Below are positions 24,944 to 39,047 of a stretch of 64,000 nucleotides of DNA, piece after piece. The stretch is from Eledone cirrhosa (taxonomy: Eukaryota). The stretch covers positions 232,624,001 through 232,688,000 of the forward strand of contig OZ024742.1 of assembly GCA_964016885.1 (NCBI GenBank), read 5' to 3'. A model generated the notes under the pieces. The model was not told the origin of the DNA. It was given only the letters and a program-made list of their open reading frames with translations, and ran no database searches. Position 1 is the first letter of the stretch. Each line of letters starts with the position of its first letter. Both the position numbers and the translations under genes were made by a program.

Positions 24944-27900
24944 ATGGCGACGAGATTACGAATAAGCGGAGAAGCGATTAGAGCATTTACCGGTGAAGGC
25001 GATGTTGTCGCCTGGTTGCGAAAAGTCCGGCTGGTCGCAAGCTTACAGAAGATAGAAGATGTGGCTGGCCTCATGGCACTGTACCTCGAGGGGGATGCGT
25101 TGGCACTCTTCCTAGAGATGGATGAACACAGCCAAAGGGATGCGCAAAAGATTGAGAGGCGCATGATGGAAGCGTTCGCGGAAGGACCGTTAGCCGTTTT
25201 TGCTAAACTGGCAAGGATTAGATGGAACGGTGAACGCGTTGACATTTTCGCAGCGGAATTACGGCGATTGGCCATGTTGGCTGGATATTAGGTGGAATGC
25301 GAACGCACGGTGCGGTTGGCGTTCATAAATGGATTTCCAGACGACATAGCGGTGAAACTGCAGCAAGTCCCGGGTTACATGTAAATGGAGATGCGTGAAC
25401 TGGTGGAGCAAGCCCGCATCATAGTAGAAGATGCCAAGAAGAGTGTCGCGGCGATAGCAATGACAGAGGCCCAAGGCAGCCGGCAGCGAAATGGTGAAAG
25501 GGAGGCAACCACGGCACGCGGTCTCCCGCGAACGTTTAGAGGTCGCTGTTTTAGGTGCCAGGGCCCGCACATGGCGAGAGACTGTAAAGAGTCAAGGCCG
25601 GACAAAATATGCTACCGGTGTAAGCGACCAGGCCACATCGCTACTAGCTGCGACCAGGGAAACGATCCAAGGGGAACTACTCCGCCGGTAGCTGCCCCTT
25701 ACGAGTAGAGGCGCTGCCCGTGGTGAAAGTCTTCGTGAGGGGAAAGCCACAGCGAGCCCTCGTGGACACGGGCTGTACGACGACGCTGGTGACCGCGGGG
25801 ATGGCGCAGAGGTGGAGAGGGAAGAGCAGCGTAAGGGCAGTCGACGGTAGGAAAATTGAATGCCGAGGTCGCAGCGAGGTGGAGATAGCGGTACGGGGAA
25901 AGAAAATAAGGCTTTCTGCCATCGTAGTCGACAACGTGGTGGATGGGATCGGCGTAGTTATGGGCATGGACGCAAATGGCCGTCTAGGAGGCGTCACAGT
26001 GAACAACGTCGGTGTGTCGTTTGGCGGTGCCGCATCGGTATGCGCTGTGAGTACGCGACAGGAGAACCAGAAGGCCCGCGAGGAGAAATATCCCGCTTAC
26101 ACTGTACAGGACAAAGACTTCAAGGCCGTGTTCGATGGAAAACGATGGGTTGTTGAGTGGTACTGGAAGGGAGAACCACCAACACTGAAGACCAAAGTGG
26201 GCTGCTATCAACACACATTGAAGGGAGACATTAGGAGCGAGTTCGAGCGAGAGGTAGAGAGATGGATTGAGGAGGGCATACTGCTTCCATGGAAAGAGGA
26301 GGTGAAGTGCGGAGTATTGCCGTTAATGGCGGTGGCGCAACCCACGAAGTGAGGCCGGTATTGGACTTTCTGGAGCTGAACGAGCACGTGTCATGCCACG
26401 CGGGTGGCGAAGTCACGGATGTCTGTGGGGAAACCTTGCGTGAGTGGAGACGCATGACGGGAGCTTCCGTAATCGTCGATCTAAAGTCGGCATACTTACA
26501 ATTACACATAGATGAGAAGCTCTGGCAGTATCAGCTGGTCAGGTATAAGGGCCGGACATATTGCCTGACCAGGCTCGGTTTCGGGCTGAGCTCTGCACCG
26601 AAGATCATGGCGGCGGTCCTCAAGACCATTCTGGGAAAGGCCGACAAGATGAAGAGGGCCACTAATTCCTACATTGACGACATCCTAGTGGACGAGTCTC
26701 TAGTGTCGGCGACGGAGGTCACGAGCCATTTACAGGGGTATGGACTGGCTGCGAAGCCGTCAGAATGGTTGGAGGGAGGAGCCGCGCTGGGACTTAGGCT
26801 ACGGCGAGACAGGACGGGCTTGTTAGTATTCCAGAGGGGAAATGAAGTTCCAGAACTGGGCCCAAGTATGAGTAGGCGGGAGTTTTTCTCGGCGTGTGGA
26901 AAGTTGGTGGGTCACTACCCAATTGCTGGATGGCTCCGGACGGTATGCAGCTATGTCAAGAGACGAGCGGGCGGGGTGACTTGGAGTGACAGAGTGGGAG
27001 AGAGGACGGTGGCCATGATGCATGAGATCGTGAAGAGGGTGAAGGCCGACGACCCAGTGCGGGGACGCTGGTATGTTCCCAAATCGCAGAGCGGGACCGT
27101 ATGGTGCGAATCCAGCAGCATAGCGGTGGGTGTCACGTTGGAGATAGGAGGTGTTGAGGTCGAGGATGCAGCCTGGCTTAGGAAGAAGGACGATTGAAAC
27201 CACATCAATGTGGCCGAACTGGACGCGGTGTTGAGAGGGGGTGAACCTCGCCCTGAGGTGAGGACTGCGCACCATCGAGATTCGTACCGACTCGGCTACT
27301 GTACTCGGATGGGTGAAATCAGTGCTCACCAGTGAGAAGAAAGTGCGAACGAGAGGGGCGGCGGAGATGCTGATAAAGCGCCGCCTGGGAACTTTAGGAG
27401 AGCTGGCCACCGAGTTCGACCTGAGGCTGAGCGTAGTTTTCGTGCCCTCAGAGAAAAATAGGGCGGACGTTTTAACCAGGGTGAAGAAAGCCTGGATGGA
27501 AGCGCCGGAGGATGTAGAAGAGGAGATAGCTGCCGTGTGTCGGCTGACCGAGTCGGATCTGAAAGGGTTGCATGACATCCACCACATGGGAGTGGATAGG
27601 ACTCTGTTCCTAGCCAGGAGAATCGACTCGGACGTTAACAGACACAGTGTTCAAAGAGTGGTTAGAGGCTGCGTCCGGTGTCAGTCCATTGATCCCGCCC
27701 CTGGTATTCACGAAACGGGAAGCCTCCCGGTGGATCGCGACTAGAAGCGATTGGCGGTGGATGTAACACACTACCGACAAAGAACATACCTCTCAATGGT
27801 CGACTGTGGACCGGGAAGGATGGCGATATGGAGGGAGATGAAGAATGGAACGGCCGAGGAAACGCGGACGTTGAGAGAGGTGTTCTTGGAGCGGGGCCCT

Positions 27901-28506
27901 GTAGACGAACTGCTGATGGACAACAGCACAGCGTTCCGCTCGGAGACGCTGAGGGAGAATCTCGATGGATGGAAGGTGGACCGTTTCTTCAGAGCAGCGT
28001 ACAGGCAGAGCGGAAATGGAATCGTGGAGCGACACCACCGGACGATCAAAGTAATGGCGGAGCGGGGCTATATCTCACCAATGGAGGCAGTGTTCTGGTA
28101 CAACATGTCTCCTCGGGTGGGACAAGTTGAGGAATCGGTGCCACACAGAGCAGTATTCAGATACGAGTGGCGGCACCCGTGCACGCCACCACAACGGCCA
28201 GTGGAGAGAGAGAATGCATTCGTGCAGGTGGGCGAAGAAGTCTGGGTTAAGCCTCCAGATGCACGTTGCACATCTCAATGGGTAAGGGGAACGGTGACGG
28301 CCGTAAATTCCCAGAACAATGTGTCCGTGGACGGAGTACTACGTCATGTCCTGGATGTCCGTAGAATCACTGTGTCAACGGACTCCGAGGGAGAGGAAAC
28401 CCAATGTGCCGCCCCAACACTGCGGAGATCGCAAAGAAGTCGCAAACCACCAACCTGGACAGCAGACTTTCATATGCAGCAGGACGAGGTGGAAATTGAT
28501 CCTTGA
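24944..28506 (+). pseudogene. gag-pol with stops and frameshifts
   Basis: ORFs 24944, 25385 (CFRCQGPHMARDC, CYRCKRPGHIATSC), 25720, 26289, 27313 and 27751. Confidence 0.9.
25657..25663 (+). promoter_or_regulatory. -1 frameshift slippery site G GGA AAC
   Basis: In gag frame; the -1 frame is open into the protease ORF at 25720. Confidence 0.75.
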
Positions 28507-30776
28507 GATCAGGGGGGCGTGTAAGTATGGGGTGATGTGCGGTGGCCGGAGGCTGGGGAGTGCTCGACCGGAAGAGTGCTTGACTGGAAGGGTGCTTGAC
28601 AGGAAGGGTGCTCAACTGGAAGGGCCAGCAGGTCTGCTCTCTCTAGGGTGGTCAGCGAACGTGGTAGACGTCAGTTTTGGAGCTCCCGGTTAACGAGTTG
28701 GATTGTACGCACGTGGGAGAAGAGAAACCAGCCATTGGATTAGCGGTGCCAGCGAAAGTGGTAAGTGAAGTAGCTTTTTCTAACCACAGTAACAACAACA
28801 TTATTCGTTAAGTTGGTGTTAACATATCTAGTTCTGGGAGCATCTATAAACTAACTAGAACACATTATATGGCGATGAGAAAATAATAGTCATTAACTAA
28901 TATTTATTTCTATTCTTCCAAGAAGTACAGAAGACAACCCAGGACATGCTCCAGTCTGTTTAGATCTCTTCAGTGAAGCATACCCTTCCCCATACTTGCC
29001 ACAGGGGAATGAAATACTAAGTAGATATATAAGAATGCCCATAAATAGGCGTAGAAAAAATGAAATTAAAATGTAGCTCCAAGCATTAAACTTTTTACGA
29101 ATCAATTTTGAGTTGGAATTCGGTAAGGTTTATTCACAATTGTATAAATAATATTACAAATAAAAAAGAAAAGGAAAAGGAAAAAAAGAAAAGAAAAAAT
29201 GTTAGCACTATCTTAAAGAATAATGATTAAAAAAAAATAATCGTGAAGTTTCACCTAAGTCAAGGGTTTTGATGAAGATGTGGTTTTTAATATGATAATC
29301 TAAGGAATTTATCAATCTGGATCTTGACGAAAACACACCACATCCACGGAAATCAGCTATTTTACTAATTTTAATTTCCCTAGTAAATAATTGTGAATCA
29401 TCTCTCTAGACAAGAGGCGCATCTCTCTTCTTTATTTATAGATGTATCTTGCGATATTTTAAACAAAGAATTCTTTTCATAAACTATATCCACATTGATA
29501 ATGTCGAGCATGGCCTATTTCGGAAACTACGACCCGACACAAGTTAAAAATAACAAAAAATAAATAAAATAACAAATAAAAAAACAACAACCCAAATTAA
29601 TCATTTTCCTGCAGCTTGTCTGGGAATAAAGTTTTTTCCTCATCCTCATCTTGTTTTGTTTTTAAAAATATGCTTTTCTTTGGGTATTGGCAGTTTTTCT
29701 TTTAATTAATGTAGTTTATTAATTACATATACTTTCCTTTTTAATTTTTTTGCTTTTGATAATTATTTCTGTGTGGGAAGATAATAATTATTTCTGTGTG
29801 GGAAGATGGTTCAAGAATTGTTTTAGCTGGAGAAATTTTCTTTTTGCTACCGTATATGACAAACCACGGAACGTTTTATTCACTGTTGTATAAAAAGAAG
29901 TATAATAATACATATTATTTTCCATTAATAATATAATCATATAATTTCACATTTTCCCAGCTGTTGTTTCAACATTATAGTTATAATAAAAGTGAAATAG
30001 TCACATTAAAATATTTTTCGCCTAACATTTTCTAAAAAAAAAAATCATATTAGTGTATTTTCAAATTTATTTCGATAACTACTTTTGATCTTACTTTCAA
30101 AAACTGTGATATAGTGATTATGAAATTAGAGTATATATGCTCAAGGGTGTAAAATAAACACGAACATGTGTGGATATTGTGCGCACGCGTACGTATGAAG
30201 TACCACCGAAAATTCTTGTGGCCTATATATACTTACTACAAGTGACAGCGCAATACAGTCGATGAATGTTCTCCTTATGTGGACAAAAAGGTCAGTATTT
30301 AATATTTTCTTTTCAGAGTGTACGATTCTTTTGAATGGTTTAATTTAAATATAATGCGCAATTACCGTTTTGTTTCATTAATATAATTGAGATTTTTCAA
30401 ACACATTTTCCAGAAACCATTTTCAAGACGGAAAATATTCAATTAAAAACAACAACAAATTACGATAGAATAATTTTATTTATCCTATTATAGACTTCAT
30501 CGTGAGAGAATTCTTAAAAAGTGGTGACAAAAAGGTTATAACAATCATGACATGAAATTGTGAATTGTAAAAGTAATTCATCAGATATTATATCTTTTCT
30601 TTACAAATATCCAACTTCTCCAAAACCTTAATTTTAAGAAATATAACAAATCCCATTCTTAGAAATACCAATATATGTACACACATACAAGCGTCTGTGT
30701 GTGCGTCTGTGCTTAATTGAACAAAACAACAACATTGAAGTGTTAAATAAGCAGTCGCAATAAAGTATGTGAATCG

Positions 30777-30888
<112 letters not shown>

Positions 30889-31080
30889 TGTGTTATCTCT
30901 TTCTCTTAATTTCGAGTATATTTTTTGACCGGCCACCTTCCTGGTGGCAAGCTTGTAAAAGAAAAGAAATTGTCATCCCTTGAATCGCAAGAATGTTTTG
31001 CAAATTTTGAAGGTGCCAGCTATTGCATGTATGTATGTATGTATGTATGTATGTATGTATGTATGTATGTATGTATGTAT

Positions 31081-31440
31081 GAAAACTCTGATATAACACC
31101 TGCAACTCTGATGGTATCCAATGATGTTGACTTGTTCTTCTTTTTGGTATATATCATCTTGGTTAAGAGAGTGGGACTGGCTTTGTGCAGTGCCTTGGCT
31201 CACTATAAAAGCTTCACGGCACAGGCATTGCTTTATATCTGGAGATCTCTCTGTACTTGTCGTTACATGGTACCATGGGCCCAGCACTATGTGTCAATAA
31301 TTGTCACAGGTGTAGTGTTTGTACCCGTGTTTTCAAGTCGCTGGCTGGACTAAAATGTCACTCCTTCACCGCATCGGTAGGGGTTCTCCTACATGGATAT
31401 AAAGTAGTGGCCGTACTCGAAAACGAGTTGGCAGCCACCG
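31081..31440 (+). mobile_element. Non-autonomous RTE-like element (partial copy)
   Basis: Closely similar to 35207-35564; encodes the C2H2-like remnant CSVCTRVFKSLAGL..H. Confidence 0.65.
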
Positions 31441-31488
31441 TATGTATGTATGTATGTATGTATGTATGTATGTATGTATGTATGTATG

Positions 31489-31569
<81 letters not shown>

Positions 31570-31574
31570 ATATA

Positions 31575-34270
31575 TCATCATCACCATCATCTTCGTTTAA
31601 CGTCCATTTTCCACGCTAGCATGGGTTAGACGGGAGTTGTCCCACTTGAGGTAATGTTGGTCGGGTGACCATGTCTCGCTCATATAGGACTATCTGGCAG
31701 GTTTTCTACGGCCGGATGCCCTTCCTAACACCAACCACATTTACAGTGTGGAACTGGGAACTTTTTACGGTGTTACCTACACGACCACATTACAGCGTGG
31801 ACTGTGTGTTTTTTTCTTGTGACACCTACACGATCTCGATCTCATTTATCTCATTTATTTGGACTGGATGTTGTGGTACCAACTTTATAGAGAGAGGGTG
31901 GTGTTGGTGGGAGTGGGAGGATAGGATAGGGGTAGTGGATTGGGGTATATATTTGGTTAAGAAGTGCCTACTGACTGTAGGTTTCGCTTTGTACATAGGC
32001 AAGGCGGGTCTTCTGTATTACTGCGTAGCGCCAAAGATCTCGGTCCAGTAACATTGTCTTAGAGAGGTGCAAGTGTGTAAGGTCGGAATTTATCAGATCG
32101 TCCCAGGTTTTTCTGGGTCTACCTACTCCGTAACTACCATCAATTTTGATCGCCCTGCACTTTTTTTTATACAGCTGTCGTCTTTCATGCGCATCACGTG
32201 GCCACACCAACGTAGTCTTTTCTCGAGTAAACAGCATCTGATCCCTCTTATTCCTAAGTTCTCACTTAGTTCATTTATGCTTAGCCGTTCACGTATATTA
32301 CTATTACACATCCAACGGAACATGCATGCTTCGTTCCTTTCCAGTATACGCAGGTCCTCTGTACGCAGTGCCCATGTCTCACTGCCATGTAGCATTGTTG
32401 TTCGTATACAAGCATCATACAATCTGCCTTTAATTTTTAGAGAGAAACCTTTTGTGGCCAACAGCGGTATAAGCTCTCTGAACTTTTTCCATCCCGTTCT
32501 GACTCTGGCTACTGTACTTTCAGAACACCCTCCACCACTGCTGATTTCGTCACCCAGGTAACGGAAAGTGTCTACTATTTCTATAGAACCATCTGGGCAA
32601 AGAAGGGGCTAGTATCCTTTGGACACTTGCTCTAGATGAAGCATCGGCCACATATAAAGTCTACGTTCTTAGATAGTATACCTGTGATCCCACTACATCT
32701 TTTAGGTACCCATACTTTGATTTGGGACATAAAATTGAATTTCTGCCTACTCCTTTCCTACACACTGAGCAAGGCCATTTCCCTGAGGGTACCTGTGCCT
32801 TATTTTATTTTCTACAAACTAGGACTTTAGTCTTAGACAAGTTAACTTTAAGGCCTTTTGATTCTAGGCCATGCTTCCATGTTTGGAATTTCTTTTCTAG
32901 TTCAGCCATTGATTCAGCTATGAGCGTTAGATCATCTGCGTATAGGAGTTCCCATGGGCAGCCGGTCTTGAACTCCTCTGTTATAGCCTGAAGGGCAATA
33001 ATAAATAGGAGGGGGCTAAGAACAGAGCCTTGGTGAACACCAACTTTTACACTAAATTCTTCACAATATTCATTGTTAATTCTAACCTTACTGACTGTTT
33101 CATTATACATAGCTTGTATAGCTCTCACAAGCCATTCATCTACACCTAGTTTTCTAAGAGCCCACCAGATAATGGAGCGGGGGACTGTCAAAGGCTTTTT
33201 CCAGGTCTACAAAAGCTAAGTAGAGGGGTTTACCTTTAGCTAGGTACTTCTCTTGTAGTTGTACAAGAAAAAGAGCGTCTGTGGTACTTTTACCTGACAC
33301 AAACCCAAACTGCATTTCATCTAGATCAATTCGCTCTCTGATTAGTTGCGCTATAACTCTTTCTGCGACCTTCATGACCTGGTCAACTAACTTAATGCCT
33401 CTATAGTTTCCTCTGTCTAGAGCATCTCCTTTACCCTTGTAGCAGTTAATGATGATGCTGCTACGCCAGTCTTTTGGTATGACCCCATTCTGTATTACTT
33501 GGTTAACTATACGGGTGACCATAGTATGTCCCACCATTCCAGATGCCTTCAACATCTCAGAAACTATCTCCGAAGGCCCAGCAGCCTTGCCTGTCTTCAT
33601 ATCTTTGATTGCCTTACTTATTATACTACCTTTAACTTGCACCGCTGGTCCTTCTATTGGATCGATTTGGGGCAGACTATCTTTTTCCCACTTATTCTCC
33701 TCATTTAATAGTCTCTCGTAGTGACACTTCCAGGCTATCTTCTTATCAGCATCAGTGAGGGCAAGTACACCGTTATCATTACGGACACACTTCTCCCCGA
33801 CGATATCACGGTTTTCCTTGACACATTGTCTAGCAATCCTGAAGACCTCGCGTAGAACATGCTTGAACTTTCTATCCTCTGCTTCCCTTTTTGCAAGGTA
33901 CACTTGTCTCCTACCTTTTCTCCTGGCCACTTGATAGTGCTCTCTACTTCCCCCATCCTGCCATACTTTTCAAGCCTGCTTTTTGGCCTTGATTGTCTCT
34001 TCTACCTTACTGTTCCACCACCAAGTTTCTCTCCTCCTGCCAATATATCTGCCCCAGCCACAGATTTCATCCGATGCTTTCAGCAGGTTCACTTTCAGGA
34101 ATACCCATTGCTCCTCTATATTGTACGTCTCTAATTGCTCTTCCTTATGGTAAAAGGCATCAAGTAATAAGCTTTTAAATTTGTCACTGGCTATGGGGTC
34201 CTTCAACTTCCATATTCTTCTCCTCAAGGTAGGCCTCCTCTGTCGTCGAGTACGTCTATTTCTGACTGTA
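31575..34270 (-). mobile_element. RTE-clade LINE, 5' truncated
   Basis: ORFs 33154-33930, 32805-33191 (VHQGSVLSPLLF, LYADD) and 32123-32461; (TGA)n tail at ~31575. Confidence 0.92.
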
Positions 34271-34294
34271 TATATGTATGTATGTATGTATGTA

Positions 34295-34399
<105 letters not shown>

Positions 34400-34533
34400 A
34401 TAGCTTTCACCGTATTTTTTACTAAAGGAATTTTAGCTTGATAACGGGGTTTAGAACCCTCAGATAAATGGAAAAAGATGAGTATTGACGTACATGGGAG
34501 TCGAACCAACATATGTATGTATATACACATATA

Positions 34534-34569
<36 letters not shown>

Positions 34570-34631
34570 TATATACAGTCAGAAATAGACGTACTCGACG
34601 ATATATATATATATGTATATATATATACGTA

Positions 34632-34662
<31 letters not shown>

Positions 34663-34789
34663 GTATGTATATATATGTATATATATATATATGTATATAT
34701 ATATGTATGTATATATATATATATATATATATGTATGTTTATATATGTGTATGTAAATATATATATGTATGTATATATATATATGTATA

Positions 34790-34858
<69 letters not shown>

Positions 34859-34989
34859 GTATATATATATATGTATCTATATATACATATGTATCTATTT
34901 ATGTATATATATGTATATATATATATATGTATATATATGTATATATATATGTATATATACATATATATACATATATATATATATATAAC

Positions 34990-35565
34990 ATGTATCCCAG
35001 TACAACCTGTCCCATGGTCGGGTCGTTGGCGACTAAACTGGCAACCCACTAAGGTTTCTTGGTGAGGAGGGTGACTTTGGACATCCCGCAGGACTAAAAA
35101 CAAAACCTGTCAAAGGGCAAAGGAACTCTTAAGAGTCAATGGCCATCCAAAATTACCGGGAGAGATGACCCCTTAGCCTTTGTCAAGGCAGAATTCTAGG
35201 AGAAGGAAAACTCTGATATAACACCTGCAACCCTGATGGTATCCAATGATGTTGACTTGTTCTTCTTTTTGGTAAATATCATCTTGGTTAAGAGAGTGGG
35301 ACTGGCTTTGTGCAGTGCCTGTGCTCACTATAAAAGCTTCACGGCACAGGCATTGCTTTATATCTGGAGATCTCTCTGCACTTGTCGTCACATGGTACCA
35401 TGGGCCTAGCACTATGTGTCAATAATTGTCACAAGTGTAGTGTTTGTACCAGAGTTTTCAAGTCGCTGGCTGGACTAAGGTCACATTCGTTCAGCGCATC
35501 GGTAGGAGTTCTCCTACATGGATATAAAGTAGTGGCCATACTCGAAAACGAGTTGGCAGCCACCA
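34990..35565 (+). mobile_element. Non-autonomous RTE-like element (putative 5'UTR fused to 3' end)
   Basis: Longer copy of 31081-31440; shares AGAGTCAAYGGCCATCC with 46030-46670. Confidence 0.6.
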
Positions 35566-36152
35566 TATATGTATATATATATATATGTATCTATATATAC
35601 ATATGTATATATTTATGTATATATATGTATATATATATATATATGTATATATATATTAAGATAAGCAGAACAAGTAAAATTCAATCAATTTTTTAAAATA
35701 CATTAAAAAATATAATATAAATATTTACCTCTCCTAGTGGCCCTTACTGATCAGTTTCGCTTTGTAAAACCTCATATCGCCATATTTTGACTAAAGAAAT
35801 TAAAGAAATTATTTAGCCTGATAGTAGGGTTAAGAACCCTCGGAGAAATGGAACAAGATGAGTATTGACGTACATAATAACGGAGAATATTAAAAGAGGT
35901 TAATATCGCCACAGGTACTAAGTACCCCTGGAAATATATAGGGTGTCTATGATACAGTGGTTGTTCCATGGTATTAATTTGACATACCAGAACTATAAAA
36001 TTGAGATAAGCGGAGCAAGCAAGATTCAAACAATTCTTTAAAATAAATAAAAAAATATAATTTAAATATTTACCTATTCCTTTTGCTTTTACCGATCGGT
36101 TTCACATTACATAAGATTGGAGTACCCGAGGGACTTCTAATGGAAATGTTCG

Positions 36153-36219
<67 letters not shown>

Positions 36220-36221
<2 letters not shown>

Positions 36222-36748
36222 ATGAAAGTTGAAGCATCCCAAAGATCGATTACAAAAAAAGATAGATGGCATGACAGGCCTTGACTATTGGAGTCGATTA
36301 GAAAAGCTCAACCTTTATTCTCTCCAACGTCGCCGTGAGCGCTACATTATTTGCATGATGTGGAAAATATTCCATCAGCTTTGCCCAAATGATGTTGGCA
36401 TCGCCTTTAATGTACACCCAAGGCTTGGGCCCCGTGCTATCCACCCACGACAAAAAAATCTCACTCGCATCTCATAACAACAATACGGCACAATTATTTC
36501 ACCTCAGTTGGCCCTGCTCTCTTTAATATTACACCAAGACACATCCAAGCAGAGGCAGACCCCCATCAAGTTCAAGAAGTCTTTGGATAAATTCCTTCAA
36601 GAAACCCCGGATAAGCCTCTACACCCGGATATGCCTCCGTAAACAATAACTCTCTGCTCAAGTGGGCTACGATGCCCAAACCCTGATTTGGTGCTATTAA
36701 GTTAGACATGGCCTGGGCCAATACTGGCCGAAAGTTATCAAAGTTATA
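36220..36748 (+). mobile_element. CR1/L2-like LINE 3' fragment
   Basis: LDYWSRLEKLNLYSLQRRRERY; AAAGTTAT repeat tail. Confidence 0.8.
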
Positions 36749-36760
36749 TGTATATATATA

Positions 36761-36850
<90 letters not shown>

Positions 36851-36892
36851 GTTAAATAAAAGTCAAATGATTAAAATTTAGCTTCGTTTATT

Positions 36893-36947
36893 ACTGCTAT
36901 ATATATTTCAGTGACAGCCATCTTTGGCTGTGACCTCTTCAGGCAGT
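36893..36947 (-). ncRNA. Minimal type I hammerhead ribozyme
   Basis: Minus strand: ACTGC-CTGAAGA-GGTCACAGCCA aaga TGGCTGTCACT-GAAA-TATATA-TA-GCAGT. Confidence 0.8.
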
Positions 36948-37058
36948 TTGAATTAGTATGGTATAGACAAGTACATATGTTGTTTAGGTGTATGATATTG
37001 TCAATACTCTGATATGCCCAGTTCCTTGCTGGGTTGTTAATTCACTGGGGAACTGGAG

Positions 37059-37112
<54 letters not shown>

Positions 37113-37121
37113 GTGTATATA

Positions 37122-37191
<70 letters not shown>

Positions 37192-37203
37192 AGAACATTT
37201 ATT

Positions 37204-37250
37204 TGCTACCAATTGTTTCTTCCAGAGGGAAGTCTGGAATCATCGGAGCA
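37204..37250 (-). ncRNA. Degenerate hammerhead ribozyme
   Basis: TGCT-CCGATGA-TTCCAGA cttccc TCTGGAA-GAAA-CAATTG-GT-AGCA; U4C and an altered cleavage triplet. Confidence 0.6.
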
Positions 37251-37524
37251 TAGGGAATGTCAACACATGTGACTAAAATCCTAGTCATTCAGAACATTTA
37301 GGATACATAAGTGTTGTTAGTGTCAAAGATATATATATATATATATGTATGTATATATATGTATATATGTATGCATTATGCATGTATATATATATGTATA
37401 TATATATCTATGTATATATATATATATATGTGTATGTATATATGCATGTATATATATGTATGTATATATGTATGTATGTATATATATATGTATGTATATA
37501 TATATATGTATGTATATATATATG

Positions 37525-37592
<68 letters not shown>

Positions 37593-37683
37593 TGTACGTA
37601 TATATATACATGTATGTATGTATTTATGTATGTTTGTATATATATATGTATGTATATATATATGTATGTATAGATAGATATAT

Positions 37684-37746
<63 letters not shown>

Positions 37747-37977
37747 GAAACACACAGATACATGCGGACACACACATATATACATGAATGCATCCGCACC
37801 CAACTGTGAGTTAAGGGTGCCAACTTCACCGATGTTGCTCAATGAATGACTGGGACAGACCAATTCAGTTTGAACCAGACTGAACCAGTATCAGAGTTAA
37901 AAATACATTATGAAGAGAGAAGAAACAATTAGATATAATTAGTAATAAAATGTATCATACCTAAACCGTTCCTAAAT

Positions 37978-38065
37978 TCCTCGACTACGTAGTTTCGTGG
38001 CATAAACAAAAACAATATATCAAAGATATAGAGTCCTTGCGAGGTCTGCCGACTTATCAAGAGGA
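37978..38065 (-). ncRNA. Hammerhead ribozyme, U3-A8 core variant, extended stem II (copy 1)
   Basis: TCCTC-TTGATAA-GTCGGCA...TGCCAC-GAAA-CTACGTAG-TC-GAGGA. Confidence 0.75.
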
Positions 38066-38568
38066 TACCTCATTTTACTAGTCTCAAGAACGCGTCTACA
38101 CGACGTGAGAAAGAATCCCAAAAGGCGGAGGGGGAGACAGTCACGCGATATAACGGTCGAGAAACAGAGCTAAGCCTCCTATAACCACGAAGAAAATACC
38201 ACGGAGGCGGAGGGGGTATTCATATCGAGGCCGTAGAAGAGGTAGTGAAGAAGGCGAGAAGTATGAGTAATGGAAGCTTTCCAGTTGTCCCCACACTTCA
38301 AAGATTGCTCGACCAGAGGGAGTTATTAATATATTTAGAAACACACAGATACATGCGGACACACACATATATACATGAATGCATCCGCACCCAACTGTGA
38401 GTTAAGGGTGCCAACTTCACCGATGTTGCTCAATGAATGACTGGGACAGACCAATTCAGTTTGAACCAGACTGAACCAGTATCAGAGTTAAAAATACATT
38501 ATGAAGAGAGAAGAAACAATTAGATATAATTAGTAATAAAATGTATCATACCTAAACCGTTCCTAAAT

Positions 38569-38656
38569 TCCTCGACTACGTAGTTTCGTGGCATAAACAA
38601 AAACAATATATCAAAGATATAGAGTCCTTGCGAGGTCTGCCGACTTATCAAGAGGA
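38569..38656 (-). ncRNA. Hammerhead ribozyme, U3-A8 core variant (copy 2)
   Basis: Same sequence as 37978-38065, shifted 591 bp. Confidence 0.75.
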
Positions 38657-38924
38657 TACCTCATTTTACTAGTCTCAAGATATACTTATAGGCACACATT
38701 TAAGCTTGACCGTTTAATAATAATTGTTTCTACTTTAGGCACAAGGCCAGCAATTATCCCAGTGCATTACTGGTACTTTATTTTATCGACCCCGTATAAT
38801 AATGATATATTTTCGATTACTTGTTAACAATATATCCATGCTAGCGTGGAAGATAGACGTTAAACGAGGATGATATGATGTACACAGACACCCACACCCA
38901 TACACACACACATGTAAATATATC

Positions 38925-38966
<42 letters not shown>

Positions 38967-39047
38967 ACGAAGGAAATGTGGTAAGGAACCAGGTGGACCA
39001 TAACGCACCAAAGTACTCAATACTTAGGGTAGTAGAGTGGGTAATAG

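Larger units (their letters stand above)
24551..28788 (+). mobile_element. Compact Ty3/Gypsy LTR retrotransposon, defective
   Basis: LTRs 24551-24811 and 28520-28788 (TG..CA); 5-bp TSD GTAAC; PPT AGGGGGG; gag with two zinc knuckles, VDTGC protease, YIDDIL RT, integrase. Confidence 0.93.
37740..38680 (-). mobile_element. Retrozyme-like non-coding element (591-nt period, one HHR in each terminal repeat)
   Basis: Direct repeats 37740-38089 and 38331-38680 appear identical and flank a 241-bp GC-richer core. Confidence 0.8.

Noticed and set aside
29760-29808. 24-bp tandem duplication
   Set aside because: Ordinary local slippage
34460-37830. Many Y/I/C/V/H/T-rich ORFs here and elsewhere in the track
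   Set aside because: They are translations of (TA)n, (CA)n, (TATG)n and (GA)n microsatellites
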